The notes below the pieces were generated by a model. It saw nothing but the letters and a program-made list of their open reading frames with translations, was not told where the DNA came from and made no database searches. DNA of 64,000 bases, taken from NCBI GenBank assembly GCA_028826165.1, contig JAPDFW010000092.1:868001-932000 (forward strand), in the 5' to 3' direction. This document shows positions 37,578-47,982 of the stretch, piece by piece (the first letter of the stretch is position 1; every line of letters begins with the position of its first letter). The translations under genes were made by a program, and so were the position numbers. The DNA is from Anaeramoeba ignava BMAN (Eukaryota > Protista > Anaeramoebae).

Positions 37578-39056
37578 TTAAATGAAAAAACATTCAATTT
37601 CTTCAATTTTCCATTTATTATAAGAACCAGCTAAATAATTGTCAGCTTCATCTACATTTTTTTCCAGATTTTCAGGAATTTTGTAACTATTCCCAAATTC
37701 AGAAGAACCAGATTTCATATTTGAATTAATTATAAAATCACCATCACCAAAATATGGACCATATTGTGAATAATTATAAAAAAGAGCATATCTTTTTTCT
37801 ATTGGTTGAATTGGAAATTTTTTAGGTTTTCTATCATTTTTATCATTTCTTAATGAAAATAGAAAAGCTTTTGAATCAATAATATATCCATCTTGTTCAT
37901 CAACATCTTCTTGATTCCATTTTGTTTTATCACTTGTAAATCCAACTTGAGTAAATCCTCCAAAAATGAAATTATCTTTTGTTTTAATAATAACTAATGT
38001 TTTTCCTTTATTATCACAAATATCATGCCATTTTTTACAATCAAATCCATCTCTTTTGGCTGAATATCCTTTTTTCATTTTGAAAAAGAAATCATTATCA
38101 TTTATCCATTCTTTTAATTTATTGAAATGTTCTGTTTCTTCAATAATTGTTGATTCAAGATTTGTTCCTTTTCTTGTTTTGAAAATTAATGAATTTTGAT
38201 TTTCAATAAATTGATTTCTTTTTGTTTCATTTTTTTGGTTTTGAAGTTTTTGGAATTGAATTAGTTTTTGTGAAATTTGATTTGGAATTAAATCTTCTTT
38301 CAAAGTATCTTTAAGTTCTTTTTTTGAAAAATCAATAAATCTGATTTTTTGAATAACATTTGAAATTTGGATTTGTAATTTTTCTTTATCTTTCTTATCA
38401 AGTTTTTGATTTTCTTTTTCTTTTTCTTTTTCTTGATTAATATTTGATTTATGTTTTCCCCATTTTATTATTGATTGGAAAAGTTCAAATTCATTTATAA
38501 AAATTTCATCATTTGATAAAATTGAATTTAAATGATTTTCTTCAAGTTCAAGAAAATGAGAAGTTTTAATAAATTCTTCAAAATTTTCAGAAATGAATTT
38601 ATAAGAAGAATCTATTAATTGATTGAAATTCATTGATTCAGATAATTTAAGAATATCAACAACAGTTTCAAATTGTAAATTGTTTTTGATAAAATTTGAA
38701 GCAATTCCAATTAATTCATCAATTAAAGTATTTTGATGAAAAAAATAAAATTTGAATTGCATTTTCTAAATTAAATTCGATTTTTCCTGAATAAAAATAA
38801 TTCAAAATTGAAGATAGAATTGAACTTGAAACATCTTGAAGAATTAATTTATTTTCTTGATATTCTTTCATTTTGGAATTAAAAAGAGATTTAAAATATT
38901 CACTTCTTGAAGAAAGAATTGATTTATGAGTTTTAAATGAAGTTTTATTTTGTTCACAAATTATTTCAAAATCAAAATAACTTTCTTCTTCTTTTTGATT
39001 TTGAAATAAATTTTTAAATCATTTGAAAGTTTTTCTAAATTTGAATAAGTTTCCAT
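37578..39056 (-). CDS. BTB-BACK-TLDc protein (subfamily II) with frameshifts (~39013, ~38726); error or pseudogene
   Basis: Family start at 39056; -1 and +1 changes in homopolymers relative to the paralogues. Confidence 0.72.
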
Positions 39057-39067
39057 TTTGTTTTTTA

Positions 39068-40585
39068 TTAAAGAAAAAAAATGAAAAAAATGAAAAAAAA
39101 ATAATTTGTTTTTTTAAATGAAAAACATTCAATTTCTTCAATTTTCCATTTATTATAAGAACCAGCTAAATAACTTTCAGCTTCATCTACATTTTGATCC
39201 AGAGTTTCAGGAATTTTGTAACTAAGTCCAAATTCAGAAGAACCAGATTTCATATTTGAATTAATTATAAAATCGCCATCACCAAAATATGGACCATATT
39301 GTGAATAATTATAAAAAAGAGCATATCTTTTTTCTGTTGTTCTAATTGGAAATTTCTTAGGTTCTCTATCATTTTTATCATTTCTTAATGAAAAAATAAA
39401 AGCATTTGAATCAAAAATATATCCATCTTCTTCATTCTGATCTTCATCATTCCATTTTGTTTTATCACTTGTAAATCCAACTTGAGTAAATCCTCCAAAA
39501 ATGAAATTATCTTCTGTTTTAATAATAACTAATGTTTTTCCTTTATCATCACAAATATCATGCCATTTTTTACAATCAAATCCATCTCTTTTGGCTGAAT
39601 ATCCTTTTTTCATTTTGAAAAAGAATTCATTATCATTTATCCATTCTTTTAGCTTAGTAATATACTCTTTTTCTCGAGCAATTGTTGATTTGAAATTTGT
39701 TCCTTTTCTTGTTTTGAAAATTAATGAATTTTGATTTTCAATAAATTGATTTCTTTTTGTTTCATTTTTTTGATTTTGAAGTTTTTGGAAATCGTTTAAC
39801 CTTTGTGAAATTTGATTTGGAATTAAATCTTCTTTCAAAGTATCTTTAAGTTCTTGTTTTGAAAAATCAATAAATCTGATTTTTTGAATAACATTTGAAA
39901 TTTGGATTTGTAATTTTTCTTTATCTTTCTTATCAAGCTTTTGATTTTCTTTTTCTTTTTCTTGAATAATATTTGATTTATGTTTTCCCCATTTTATTAT
40001 TGATTGGAAAAGTTCAAATTCATTTATAAAAATTTCATCATTTGATAAAATTGAATTTAAATGATTTTCTTCAAGTTCAAGAAAATGAGAAGTTTTAATA
40101 AATTCTTCAAAATTTTCCAAAATGAATTGATAAGAAGAATCTATTAATTGATTGAAATTCATTGATTCAGATAATTTAAGAATATCAACAACAGTTTCAA
40201 ATTGTAAATTGTTTTTAATAAAATTTGAAGCAATTCCAATTAATTCATCAATTAAGTATTTTGATGAAAAAAATAAAATTTGAATTGCATTTTCTAAATT
40301 AAATTCAATTTTTCCTGAATAAAAATAACTCAAAATTGAAGATAGAATTGAACTTGAAACATCTTGAAGAACTAATTTATTTTCTTGAAATTCTTTCATT
40401 TTAGAATTAAAAAGAGATTTAAAATATTTACTTCTTGAAGAAAGAATTGATTTATGAGTTTTAAATGAAGTTTTATTTTGTTCACAAATTATTTCAAAAT
40501 CAAAATAACTTTCTTTCTTCTTTTGATTTTGAAATAAATTTTTTAAATCATTTGAAAGTTTTTCTAAATTTAAATAAGTTTCCAT
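39068..40585 (-). CDS. BTB-BACK-TLDc protein (subfamily II); probable true end ECFFI* near 39114 obscured by a 1-nt homopolymer deletion
   Basis: Reads GAATGTTTTTCATTTAA versus GAATGTTTTTTCATTTAA in the neighbouring paralogue. Confidence 0.85.
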   Translation of the reverse strand: METYLNLEKLSNDLKNLFQNQKKKESYFDFEIICEQNKTSFKTHKSILSSRSKYFKSLFNSKMKEFQENKLVLQDVSSSILSSILSYFYSGKIEFNLENAIQILFFSSKYLIDELIGIASNFIKNNLQFETVVDILKLSESMNFNQLIDSSYQFILENFEEFIKTSHFLELEENHLNSILSNDEIFINEFELFQSIIKWGKHKSNIIQEKEKENQKLDKKDKEKLQIQISNVIQKIRFIDFSKQELKDTLKEDLIPNQISQRLNDFQKLQNQKNETKRNQFIENQNSLIFKTRKGTNFKSTIAREKEYITKLKEWINDNEFFFKMKKGYSAKRDGFDCKKWHDICDDKGKTLVIIKTEDNFIFGGFTQVGFTSDKTKWNDEDQNEEDGYIFDSNAFIFSLRNDKNDREPKKFPIRTTEKRYALFYNYSQYGPYFGDGDFIINSNMKSGSSEFGLSYKIPETLDQNVDEAESYLAGSYNKWKIEEIECFSFKKTNYFFFIFFIFFL

Positions 40586-40656
40586 TTTTGCTTTTTATTA
40601 AAGAAAAAAAATGAAATTTTTATTTTTTCATTTTTTTTTTCATTTTTTTTTTTAAA
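40586..40656. promoter_or_regulatory. 71-bp bidirectional promoter (BTB-TLDc / TMX3-like)
   Basis: Mirror-image AAAATGAAA...TTTCATTTT elements between divergent ATGs. Confidence 0.65.
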
Positions 40657-41933
40657 ATGAAATTTTCTTTATTTTCAATTTTCTTCCTTTTTTCAATTTC
40701 TTTTTCTTTTTGTCAAGTTGAAATTTTAACAACAGAAAATTTTGCAGAAAATACAAAGAGCGGTTATTGGTTGATTAAATTTTATGCAGATTGGTGTCCT
40801 CATTGTAAAAAAGTAAGTAAAAAAAAAGCGAATCAAAAAAAGCAATTTAAAAATTAATTTAAATTTTTTAATGAAAAAACAATAAGTTGAATCCAATATT
40901 TGAAGAAGCTGCGAAAAAATATTCAGGAGGAGTTACTTTTGGATCTGTTCACTGTCCCGATGAAGGATCTGTGTGCAATAAACAGAATATACGCGGATAT
41001 CCAACTGTTAAATTATATGAAAATGGAATTGAAAAAACAACTTTTAATGCTGAAAGAACAGTTGAATCTTTTAGAAAATTTTTAATTAATGAAATTCAAC
41101 CTGTTCATCAAATCAAGTCATTCAAAGATTTAGAAAAAGAAGAGGTTCAATTTCTCCTTTTAATTGAATCATCAAATTCACAAAAAGAACAACTTATTCG
41201 AAATTATCAAAATTCTGCTTTGGAAAATTTTCATTTTCGAAAATTTTCCATTTTCGAATATGATTCTTCTGATGTTTTAAAAGAAACAGATTTTGATGCG
41301 AAGATAATTGAGGAATCAATTAAATCTGGCGGATCTTTAGTTATTTTTTATAAGGATTTATTTGAAACCTTTGAAGAAATTTTTTATGATCCAGGAAATC
41401 TTGAGGAATTAATTGATGAAGGATTATTTCCGCCAATGAGTGAATTGAGTCGGAGTTACTATCAAAAACTGAAGAAAGATAAGCAAACATTTGCACTGGC
41501 AATTCTTGATAGAAAACACGAGGATAGCGAACTTTTTAAAGAAACTATGATTACATTTTCACAAACTCAAAAACATTTAAATTTTGTTTGGATCGATTGG
41601 GAAAATGTGGAGAATTTCTTCTTAAATTTGCCTGTTAAAAAGCAAGATCTTCCTACAATTATAATCTTAACTCAACCCGATCATGATCTATATATTCAAC
41701 CCAAAGATATGGGAATTGCAAATTTTTTCAAACAATTTTCAGATGGCAAATTGAAAAAACATCAAGAAGATATTCAAGAAAAACCTGAAGTATTTTTTTC
41801 TGATGATCCTCAAAATTCTTTTGAGTTTTCACCTTTTATATTGTTAATTGTAGTTGGATTTTTTGTTGGAGTTGGTTTTATGGCATATAAATTATACAAT
41901 AGAAAGAGAGAAGAGCGAGAGAAATTCGATTAA
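40657..41933 (+). CDS. Membrane-anchored protein disulfide isomerase / thioredoxin family (TMX3-like); intron 40813-40886
   Basis: Signal peptide, WLIKFYADWCPHCKK|LNPIFEE, IRGYPTVKL, b/b'-like domains, C-terminal TM (FILLIVVGFFVGVGFMAY) and short cytosolic tail ending EKFD. Confidence 0.87.
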
Positions 41934-41934
41934 A

Positions 41935-42410
41935 AAATTTAAAATCAAAATTAAAATCAAAATTAAAATTCATTTATAAAATTAAAATTAAAATTAAAAT
42001 CAAAATTAAAATCAAAATTAAAATTCGATTAAAAATTTAAAATTAAAATTAAAATCAAAATTCATTTATAAAATCAAAATCAAAATTAAAATCAAAATTA
42101 AAATTAAGATTCGATTAAAAATTTAAATTAAAATTAAAATTAAAATTAAAATCAAAATCAAAATTAAAATTAAAATTAAAATTAAAATTAAAATTAAAAT
42201 TAAAATCAAAATTAAAATTAAAATTAAAATTAAGATTCGATTAAAAATTTAAATTAAAATTAAAATTAAAATCAAAATCAAAATTAAAATTAAAATTAAA
42301 ATTAAAATTAAAATTTAAATTAAAATTAAAATTTAAATTAAAATTCGATTAAAAATTAAAATTTAAAATTAAAATTAAAATTCGATTAAAAATTAAAATT
42401 AAAATTAAAA
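41935..42410. repeat. (TAAAAT/CAAAAT)n microsatellite with interspersed TTCGATTAAAAA units
   Basis: Direct inspection. Confidence 0.85.
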
Positions 42411-42455
42411 TTTTTTTCACTTTTTCATTTTTTTTCTTTAATAAAAAAAATTTTA

Positions 42456-43367
42456 ATGAAATTATCAACTAATATTTTAGTCACGTTTTTCCTTGGATTT
42501 TTAACAATTATATTTATAATTTACGAAACAAGTTTTCATTCAAATGCGATGAATGAAATAAATAACGAATGCCCACAAGTAATAATTAAAGAAAAAGAAG
42601 AAAGAATTATAGAAAAAATCATAGAAAAAAGCGTTCCAGTAAAATTAAAAATAGCGGTTGTATCAGCAATGCATGATTTATCATTTGGAGAAATTGCACA
42701 AGATAATTTTAAAAAATATTGTGATTTGCATGGATATTCACTTCATGTTCACACAAAAAGAACAGCAGAAGGAAGATCACTTCCATGGGAAAAATTAACG
42801 GCAATTAAAGAAGCAATGATAGAAGGAAATTATGATTATATTTTTTGGATGGATGCAGATAGTTTGTTTATGAATATGAGCAAGAGATTGGAGGATTTTA
42901 TTGTGAATAATAATTTTCCCGATTTGCTTTTTTCGGGTGATTTGAATTTTTGTTTGAATTCGGGACACATGATTATTAAAAATAATTGGTGGAGTTTTAC
43001 TTTTTTTGAGGATGTTTGGAATTCATATCCTGTTCCTCAACCAAATCACGATGATCAAACTGCAATGCTTTTGATACTTCTTGGAAAAACCCCTCAAGAA
43101 ATTAGAACAATGAATAGAGTTGATAGATCAATTGGTGGTCATTGTCTTACCCCTCAAGAGATTGAGGTTTGCAAAGGCAGATTTCATCCGAGATTCAATG
43201 GTCATCTTGCTATGGTTCCTCAAAGGGATATTAATTCTTATTCTCCTTATCCTTGGTTTTCTCGTGTTGAGGAACTTTATCAAGAAGGTGATTTTATTAT
43301 TCATTTTGCTGGTTTGCCTGAAAAGCTTACTCGAATGAGGGATTATGCAAAGAAAACAACTGTTTGA
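42456..43367 (+). CDS. GT34 family (GMA12/MNN10-like) type II Golgi glycosyltransferase
   Basis: N-terminal TM anchor; YC..HGY, W.KL, YDYIFWMDADSLFMN (DxD), LNSG, DQ, INSY, YQEGDFIIHFAG. Confidence 0.88.
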   Translation: MKLSTNILVTFFLGFLTIIFIIYETSFHSNAMNEINNECPQVIIKEKEERIIEKIIEKSVPVKLKIAVVSAMHDLSFGEIAQDNFKKYCDLHGYSLHVHTKRTAEGRSLPWEKLTAIKEAMIEGNYDYIFWMDADSLFMNMSKRLEDFIVNNNFPDLLFSGDLNFCLNSGHMIIKNNWWSFTFFEDVWNSYPVPQPNHDDQTAMLLILLGKTPQEIRTMNRVDRSIGGHCLTPQEIEVCKGRFHPRFNGHLAMVPQRDINSYSPYPWFSRVEELYQEGDFIIHFAGLPEKLTRMRDYAKKTTV

Positions 43368-43429
43368 AACAAGTTGTTTAATTTTTTCTTAAATCAATAA
43401 ACGAATCAATTTTAATTTTTAATTTTTAT

Positions 43430-44610
43430 TAAGATTTATATTTATATTTATAATTAGATTTATATTTATATTTATATTTATAATTATATTTGTATTTATA
43501 TTTATATTTATATTTATATTTATATTGATATTTATATTTATATTTATATTTATATTTAGATTTATATTTATATTTATATTTATATTTAGATTTATAATTA
43601 TATTTATATTTATATTTATATTTATATTTATATTTATATTTATATTTATATTTATATTTATATTTATATTTATATTTATATTTATATTGATATTTATATT
43701 TATATTTATATTGATATTTATATTTATATTTATATTTATATTTATATTTATATTTATATTTATATATTTATATTTATATTTATATTTATATTTTATATTT
43801 ATATTTATATTTATATTTTATATTTATATTTATATTTATATTTATATTTTATATTTATATTTATATTTATATTTATATTTATATTTTATATTTATATTTA
43901 TATTTATATTTATATTTTATATTTATATTTATATTTATATTTATATTTATATTTATATTTATATTTATATTTATATTTATATTTTATATTTTTATATTTA
44001 TATTTATATTTATATTTATATTTATGTTATATTTATATTTATTTATATTTTATATTTATATTTTATATTTATATTTTATATTTATATTTATATTTATATT
44101 TATATTTATATTTATATTTTATATTTATATTTATATTTATATTTATATTTATATTTATATTTATAATTTATATTTATATTTAGATTTATAATTTATATTT
44201 ATATTTATATTTATATTTATATTTATATTTATATTTATATTTATATTTATATTTATATTTTATATTTATATTTATATTTTATATTTATATTTATATTTAT
44301 ATTTATATTTATATTTATATTTATATTTATATTGATTTATATTTATATTTATATTGATATTTATATTGATATTTATATTTATATTTATATTTATATTTAT
44401 ATTTATATTTATATTTAGATTTTAATTTATATTTATATTTATATTTATATTTATATTTATATTTATATTTATATTTATATTTATATTTATATTTATATTT
44501 ATATTTATATTTATATTTATATTTATATTTATATTTATATTTATATTTATATTTATATTTATATTTATATTTATATTGATATTGATTTTGATTTTAATTT
44601 TAATTTTAAT
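43430..44610. repeat. (TTTATA)n microsatellite, ~1.2 kb, intergenic
   Basis: Direct inspection. Confidence 0.95.
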
Positions 44611-44713
44611 TTTAATTTGGTTTATTAAGGATTTAAAAAGTGGAAAAATTTCAAAAAAAAAAAAAAGCAAAAAAAAAAAATTTTTTTTCTCCTTTTGAAA
44701 TCATTTTTTTTCA

Positions 44714-45379
44714 ATGTCTGGGCATTTATTCAAAAACATTGGATTTGTTATTTCAAAAGAGTGTGAAAAAAAGTACAAAGAAAAGATTGAAAAAGAAGGA
44801 GGGCAAGTCAACCAAAAAATTACAAACAAAGTAAATTATTACGTTTTAAATCCAACAGAATTTGAACATGAAACTGAAAACAAAAAAGAAAGTATTGAAA
44901 AGTTTGGAGTTAAGTTAGTTAGAGGAAAATTCATTGATCATTGCATTAAAGAAAAAAAAATTCTTGAAGTTGGAACCAAGTATATTGTCACAAGTGAAAC
45001 AGCCAAGAAAAAAGATGGAAAAAAGAAAAAAGATGAAAAACATAAAGATGAAAAACATAAGGATGAAAAACATAAGGAGAAAAAAGATGAAAAACATAAA
45101 GATGACAAGAAGAAAGATGAAAAACATAAGGATGAAAAACATAAAGATGACAAGAAGAAGGATGACAAGAAGAAAGATGAAAAACATAAGGATGAAAAAC
45201 ATAAGGATGAAAAACATAAAGATGACAAGAAGAAAGATGACAAGAAGAAAGATGACAAGAAAAAAGATGACAAGAAAAAAGATGGAAAAGACAAAAAAGA
45301 CAAAAAAGACAAAAAAGACAAAAAAGATAAAAAAGATAAAAAAGATGAAAAAGACAAAAAAGATAAAAAGAAAAAATAA
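44714..45379 (+). CDS. Single BRCT-domain protein with long K/D/E/H repeat tail
   Basis: LFKNIGFVIS......K..IEKEGG.V...IT.KVNYYV...GVKLVRGKFIDHCIKEKK.L (BRCT pattern), then (KDEKH)/(KDDKK) pentapeptide repeats. Confidence 0.72.
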   Translation: MSGHLFKNIGFVISKECEKKYKEKIEKEGGQVNQKITNKVNYYVLNPTEFEHETENKKESIEKFGVKLVRGKFIDHCIKEKKILEVGTKYIVTSETAKKKDGKKKKDEKHKDEKHKDEKHKEKKDEKHKDDKKKDEKHKDEKHKDDKKKDDKKKDEKHKDEKHKDEKHKDDKKKDDKKKDDKKKDDKKKDGKDKKDKKDKKDKKDKKDKKDEKDKKDKKKK

Positions 45380-45937
45380 AAATTGCTTCCATTCCTTTTA
45401 CTTCGGATTTTCCTTTTCCTAATTTCTTTCTATCTTTTAATTCTAATTCTAAATTTGAAATTTTTTTTTTGATCCACTTTTTTTTTTTCAAATTTTTTTT
45501 CTTCAAATTTTTCAATTCAAAAAAGAAAACACTTTTCTAAAAGACAAATTAAAGAAATTTCTTTCAAAACAAACAAATAATTTTGATTTTGATTTTTATT
45601 TAAAAAAAATAAAAAGGAGAAAAATAAAAAGGCGAAAAAAAAATAAATAAAAAAAATCAATTATAATCAATTAAGTAAAAATAAATAAACCCCCAAATCA
45701 ACGTTTCACAATTTTTGGATAATTTATACGAAAGAAAAGCGGCACTCTTTTAATCAAGGAAAGCTCAGAAATAAGATTTTTAGAAGACTCATTTCAAAAA
45801 ACATTTTTTGATTCTTTTTTTCTTTATCTCTTTCATATTTTCTTTTTTTTTTTGTGTTAAAATTTGCAACAAAAACAAACAAACAAACAAAAAAAACAAA
45901 AACAAAACGAATTTTTTTTTTATAAATTAAATTTAAA

Positions 45938-46957
45938 ATGGAAAAAAAAACAAAGGATCCAAAAATAAAACTTGAAGAACCTAAACACCCATTAAATGCT
46001 TATTTGCTTTTTTGCGCAGATAAACGTGAAGCTATTCTTCAGTCCAATCCACGTATAACAATAGGTCAATTAGGTAAGACTCTTGGAGCGATGTGGCGCA
46101 AATGCAATGAAACAGAAAAAGAAGTAAGTTTTTTTTTTCTTTTTTTTTTTTATTTATTAAAATCACAAATAAAATCAATAATAAAATCACAAAAAAAAGC
46201 TTTTATTTTTTTGAAATAACAAAAAATTTAATTAAAAAAAATTTTTCAATTAAAAAAAAAAATATTTTTTAACAAATCAAAAACTATCAATTATCTTTTT
46301 ATCTTTTTATCTTTTTATCTTTTTATCTTTTTATCTTTTTATCTTTTTATCTTTTTATCTTTTTTATCTTTTTATCTTTTTATCTTTCAAAAATAAATAG
46401 AAATATAATCAATTAGCAAAAAAAGAACGAGAAAGATTTGAAAAAGAACAAAAAATTTATGAACAAGCAAAAGAAATTTTTAGAATTGAATCATCAAGTG
46501 AATCTTCTAGTGAAGAAGATCATCGTATCCAAACTAGAAGTCAAACAAGAGAAATTAGAGAAAATGAAGAAAAAGAAAGAATTAAACGCAAAATTGAAAA
46601 AGAAACAAAACAAACTAAAAAATCTCCAACTGGTTATCTTCTTTTTGTTCAAAAAGTTTTACCTCAAATTAAAAAAGATTATGAACGTTTGAGAGTTGCT
46701 GAAATGGGAAAAATTATTGGAAAAATGTGGAGAGAATTACCTAAAGAAGAAAAAGATGTAAATTTTATTTAAATTTTTTTATTTAAATTTTCCTCAATTC
46801 TCCTTTTAAATTAATTTAAAATAAAATAGAAATATATTCAAGAAGCAAAACAATTAAAAGAAGAAGAAAAAGAAAAAGAAGAAAAAAAGAAGAAAAAAAA
46901 GAAGAAAAAGAAGAAAAAGAAAAAGAAAAAGAAAAAAATTTTTTCTTTTCAGATTAA
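45938..46957 (+). CDS. Two-HMG-box protein; exons 45938-46123, 46401-46757, 46830-~46957 (3' end uncertain, A-run frameshift)
   Basis: PKHPLNAYLLFC...R..I...NP.ITIGQLGK.LG.MW....E.EKE|KY..LA..E.ERF; second box KKSPTGYLLFV.......K......VAEMGKIIGKMW.ELP.EEKD|KY..EA. Confidence 0.87.
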
Positions 46958-47164
46958 TAAGCAAATTTTTGTTGAAATAATTGTTTTTTTTTTTTCAAAA
47001 TTTGATGAAAAAAATTGTTCTATTTGAATTTTCTTTTTTTTTTTAAATAAAATCTATTGGATTTTAAATTGAATTTTTAATTTGTTTTTTGAATTTTTTA
47101 TTTGTTTTTTTTTTTGGAAAATGAATTGATTTGAAAAGAAAAAAAAAGAACAAAAGAAAAATTT

Positions 47165-47980
47165 GCCAAAATTAATTAAAATTGAAATTAAAATTGAATT
47201 TGAAATTAAAATTGAAATTGAAATTAAAATTAAAATTGAAATTAAAATTGAATTTAAAATTAAAATTGAAATTAAAATTAAAATTGAAATTAAAATTGAA
47301 ATTGAATTTAAAATTGAAATTGAAATTGAAATTGAAATTGAAATTGAATTTAAAATTGAAATTAAAATTGGAATTGAAATTGAATTTGAAATTAAAATTG
47401 AATTTAAATTTGAATTTGAATTTGAAATTGAAATTAAAATTGAAATTGAATTTGAATTTAAATTTGATTTGAAATTGAATTTAAAATTAAAATTAAATTT
47501 AAAATTGAAATTGAAATTGAAATTATAATTAAAATTGAAATTGAAATTAAAATTATTTGAATTTGAAATTGAAATTGAAATTAAAATTGAAATTGAATTT
47601 AAATTTAAAATTGAAATTGAAATTAAAATTATTTGTATTTGAAATTGAATTGAAATTGAAATTAAAATTAAAATTGAAATTAAATTTAAAATTGAATTTA
47701 AATTTGATTTTGAAATTAAAATTGAAATTAAATTTAAATTTGATTTTGAAATTAAAATTGAAATTAAATTTAAATTTGATTTTGAAATTAAAATTGAAAT
47801 TAAATTTAAATTTGATTTTGAAATTAAAATTGAAATTAAATTTAAATTTGAATTTGAATTTGAAATTAAAATTGAATTTAAAATTGAAATTAAAATTTAA
47901 ATTAAAAATTAAAATTGATTTTGAAATTAAAATTAAAATTATTTAAATTTGAATTTGAATTTGAAATTGAAATTAATTGT
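47165..47980. repeat. (GAAATT/AAAATT/GAATTT)n microsatellite between convergent genes
   Basis: Direct inspection. Confidence 0.9.
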
Positions 47981-47982
47981 GA

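Noticed and set aside
43430-44610. Telomeric or interstitial telomere repeat
   Set aside because: The unit TTTATA has no G-rich strand and the same motif fills an RPS5 intron.
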